Assembly (NCBI RefSeq): GCF_018350175.1
Contig: NC_058369.1
Span: forward strand, 17,052,001 to 17,116,000
Length of the DNA: 64,000 bases
DNA from: Felis catus
Taxonomy: Eukaryota
Direction of reading: 5' to 3'
The stretch's first letter is position 1. Each line of letters begins with the position of its first letter. Below the pieces are notes generated by a model. That model saw nothing but the letters and a program-made list of their open reading frames with translations, was not told the DNA's origin and made no database searches. The position numbers and the translations under genes were made by a program. This document shows, in pieces, positions 62,501-64,000 of this stretch.

Positions 62501-62682
62501 TGTGTGGCCAATAGGTGAGACAATGTATATGAAATGGACAAATTTCTAGAAAGGCACAAACTATAAAAACTGACTCAAAAAAAAAATAGAAAACCTAAAC
62601 AGACTTGCAACAAGTACATAGATTGGAATCAGTTCTTAGAAAACAAAACAAAACCAAACAAAATAACAACAAAAATAACCCA

Positions 62683-62827
62683 TGGGACGCCTGGCTCAGT
62701 CAGTTAAGCATCCAACTTCAGCTCAGGTCCTGATCTCATGGGTCATGAGTTTGAGCCCCTCACTGTGTGAGCTGGAGCCCTGCTCTGGGCTCCACACTCT
62801 CTCCCACTTCTCTCTGCACCTCGTGGG

Positions 62828-62871
<44 letters not shown>

Positions 62872-62918
62872 GAATGAATGAATAAATAAATAGAAATGTG
62901 AATACAGTTTAAAAAAAA
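62683..62918 (+). mobile_element. Can-SINE variant with (CT)n expansion
   Basis: SINE head; duplicated gagcc unit. Confidence 0.88.
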
Positions 62919-64000
62919 ATCAGGACTTGATGGTTTCCCATGTGAATTCCAGAAAACACTTAAAGAAGAATGAACATCCATAATTCTCCTATTCTTCAAA
63001 AAAAATAAATAAATAAAATAAAGAACAATTCCTTACTCATTCTTGGAAGCCAGTATTACCTCGACATCAAACCAGATAAAAATACCACAAAAAATGAAAA
63101 GCAATAAACAAATGTCCCTTATGAATATAGGTGCAAAAATCCTCAACAAAATACTAGAAGCAAACTAAATCCAATGGAATATTATAATTCCCATAATCAA
63201 GTGGGATTTATCCCAGAAACCCAAAAGTGGCTCAACAGGCAGAATCAATTAATACAACATATATAAAGAATAAGGTAAAAATACCACATGGCCATCTCAA
63301 CTGATACAGAAAAAGCAATTGGCAAATTCCAACACATTTTCTGGATAAAAACATTCAACAAATTATAGAGAGAATTTTCCAAATTTGATAAAAGGAATCT
63401 AGGAAAGTCCAACAACTAACACCATACTTAGTAACAAAATGCATTCCTCCCAAGATCAGGAAAATAATCTCATTTACAATAGCATTCAAAAGAATAAAAT
63501 ACACAGGAATAAATTTAACTAAAGGAAATATAAAACATGTGTCAAGAACATACAACTAAAAACTTCAACAACAATGCTTAAAGAAGACCTAATTAAAGGG
63601 AAAGGCATCCTGTATTCATTGAGACTTCATACTGTTAAGATGGCAACACTCCACAAATTGAATGCAAATGAAAACCACAAGATACCACTTCACATCCACT
63701 TGTGGTTTATTTTTTAAAAGGGTGGGGGAGGGGGAACCAAGTGTTGGTGAGGATGTGGAGAAGTTGGAACATTCATACATTGCTGGTGAAAACCTAAAAT
63801 TGTACAACCACTATGGAAAACAGTTGAGTTGTTTCTCAAAAAGCTAAACATAGAATTACCAATTCCACTCCTACCAAAAATCGAACAAACTATGTTCACA
63901 AAACAGTAGTCAACGTTCATAGCAGCATTATTCAAAATAGTGAAAAAGTGACAACAGTACAAATACACATGAACTCATAAATGGATAAGTAAAATGGAAT

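Larger units (their letters stand above)
60720..64000 (+). mobile_element. Old L1M ORF2 body (endonuclease region to C-terminus, with deletions), interrupted by other elements
   Basis: atatgctgtctataagagac, gttggttctttgaaa, atgaaatggacaaatttctagaaag, aaaaatcctcaacaaaatactag and gtgaggatgtggagaag motifs. Confidence 0.85.

Noticed and set aside
40318..64000. Upstream SMARCC1 exon (and downstream exons in 1-10333)
   Set aside because: Searched by eye for the expected adjacent peptides and did not find them; presumed outside the window, though a manual miss cannot be excluded

Overview
Mammalian, almost certainly felid, genomic DNA: about 47 tRNA-derived carnivore SINEs (Can-SINE/SINEC_Fc type) plus carnivore L1s. 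The window appears to lie entirely inside SMARCC1 (BAF155, SWI/SNF core subunit), transcribed on the minus strand. Five coding exons with GT-AG boundaries join in frame: 40262-40317, 36276-36390, 35047-35201, 20974-21108 and 10334-10595. These are about exons 22-26 of 28 in human numbering (recalled, not computed) and encode the acidic linker, the C-terminal coiled coil and the start of the Pro/Gln-rich tail. The rest is intron, dense in SINEC, L1, L2, MIR, MaLR (MLT1) LTR and hAT/Tigger DNA-transposon remnants. I found no convincing new gene or novel system. The best leads are TE-architecture and splicing hypotheses: inverted young SINEs bracketing a 171-nt in-frame exon pair, a zero-spacer inverted SINE hairpin, a 24-nt SINE head flanked by a full TSD, and a two-LTR ancient MaLR provirus. 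Repeat family names and old-repeat boundaries come from visual recognition and are approximate.
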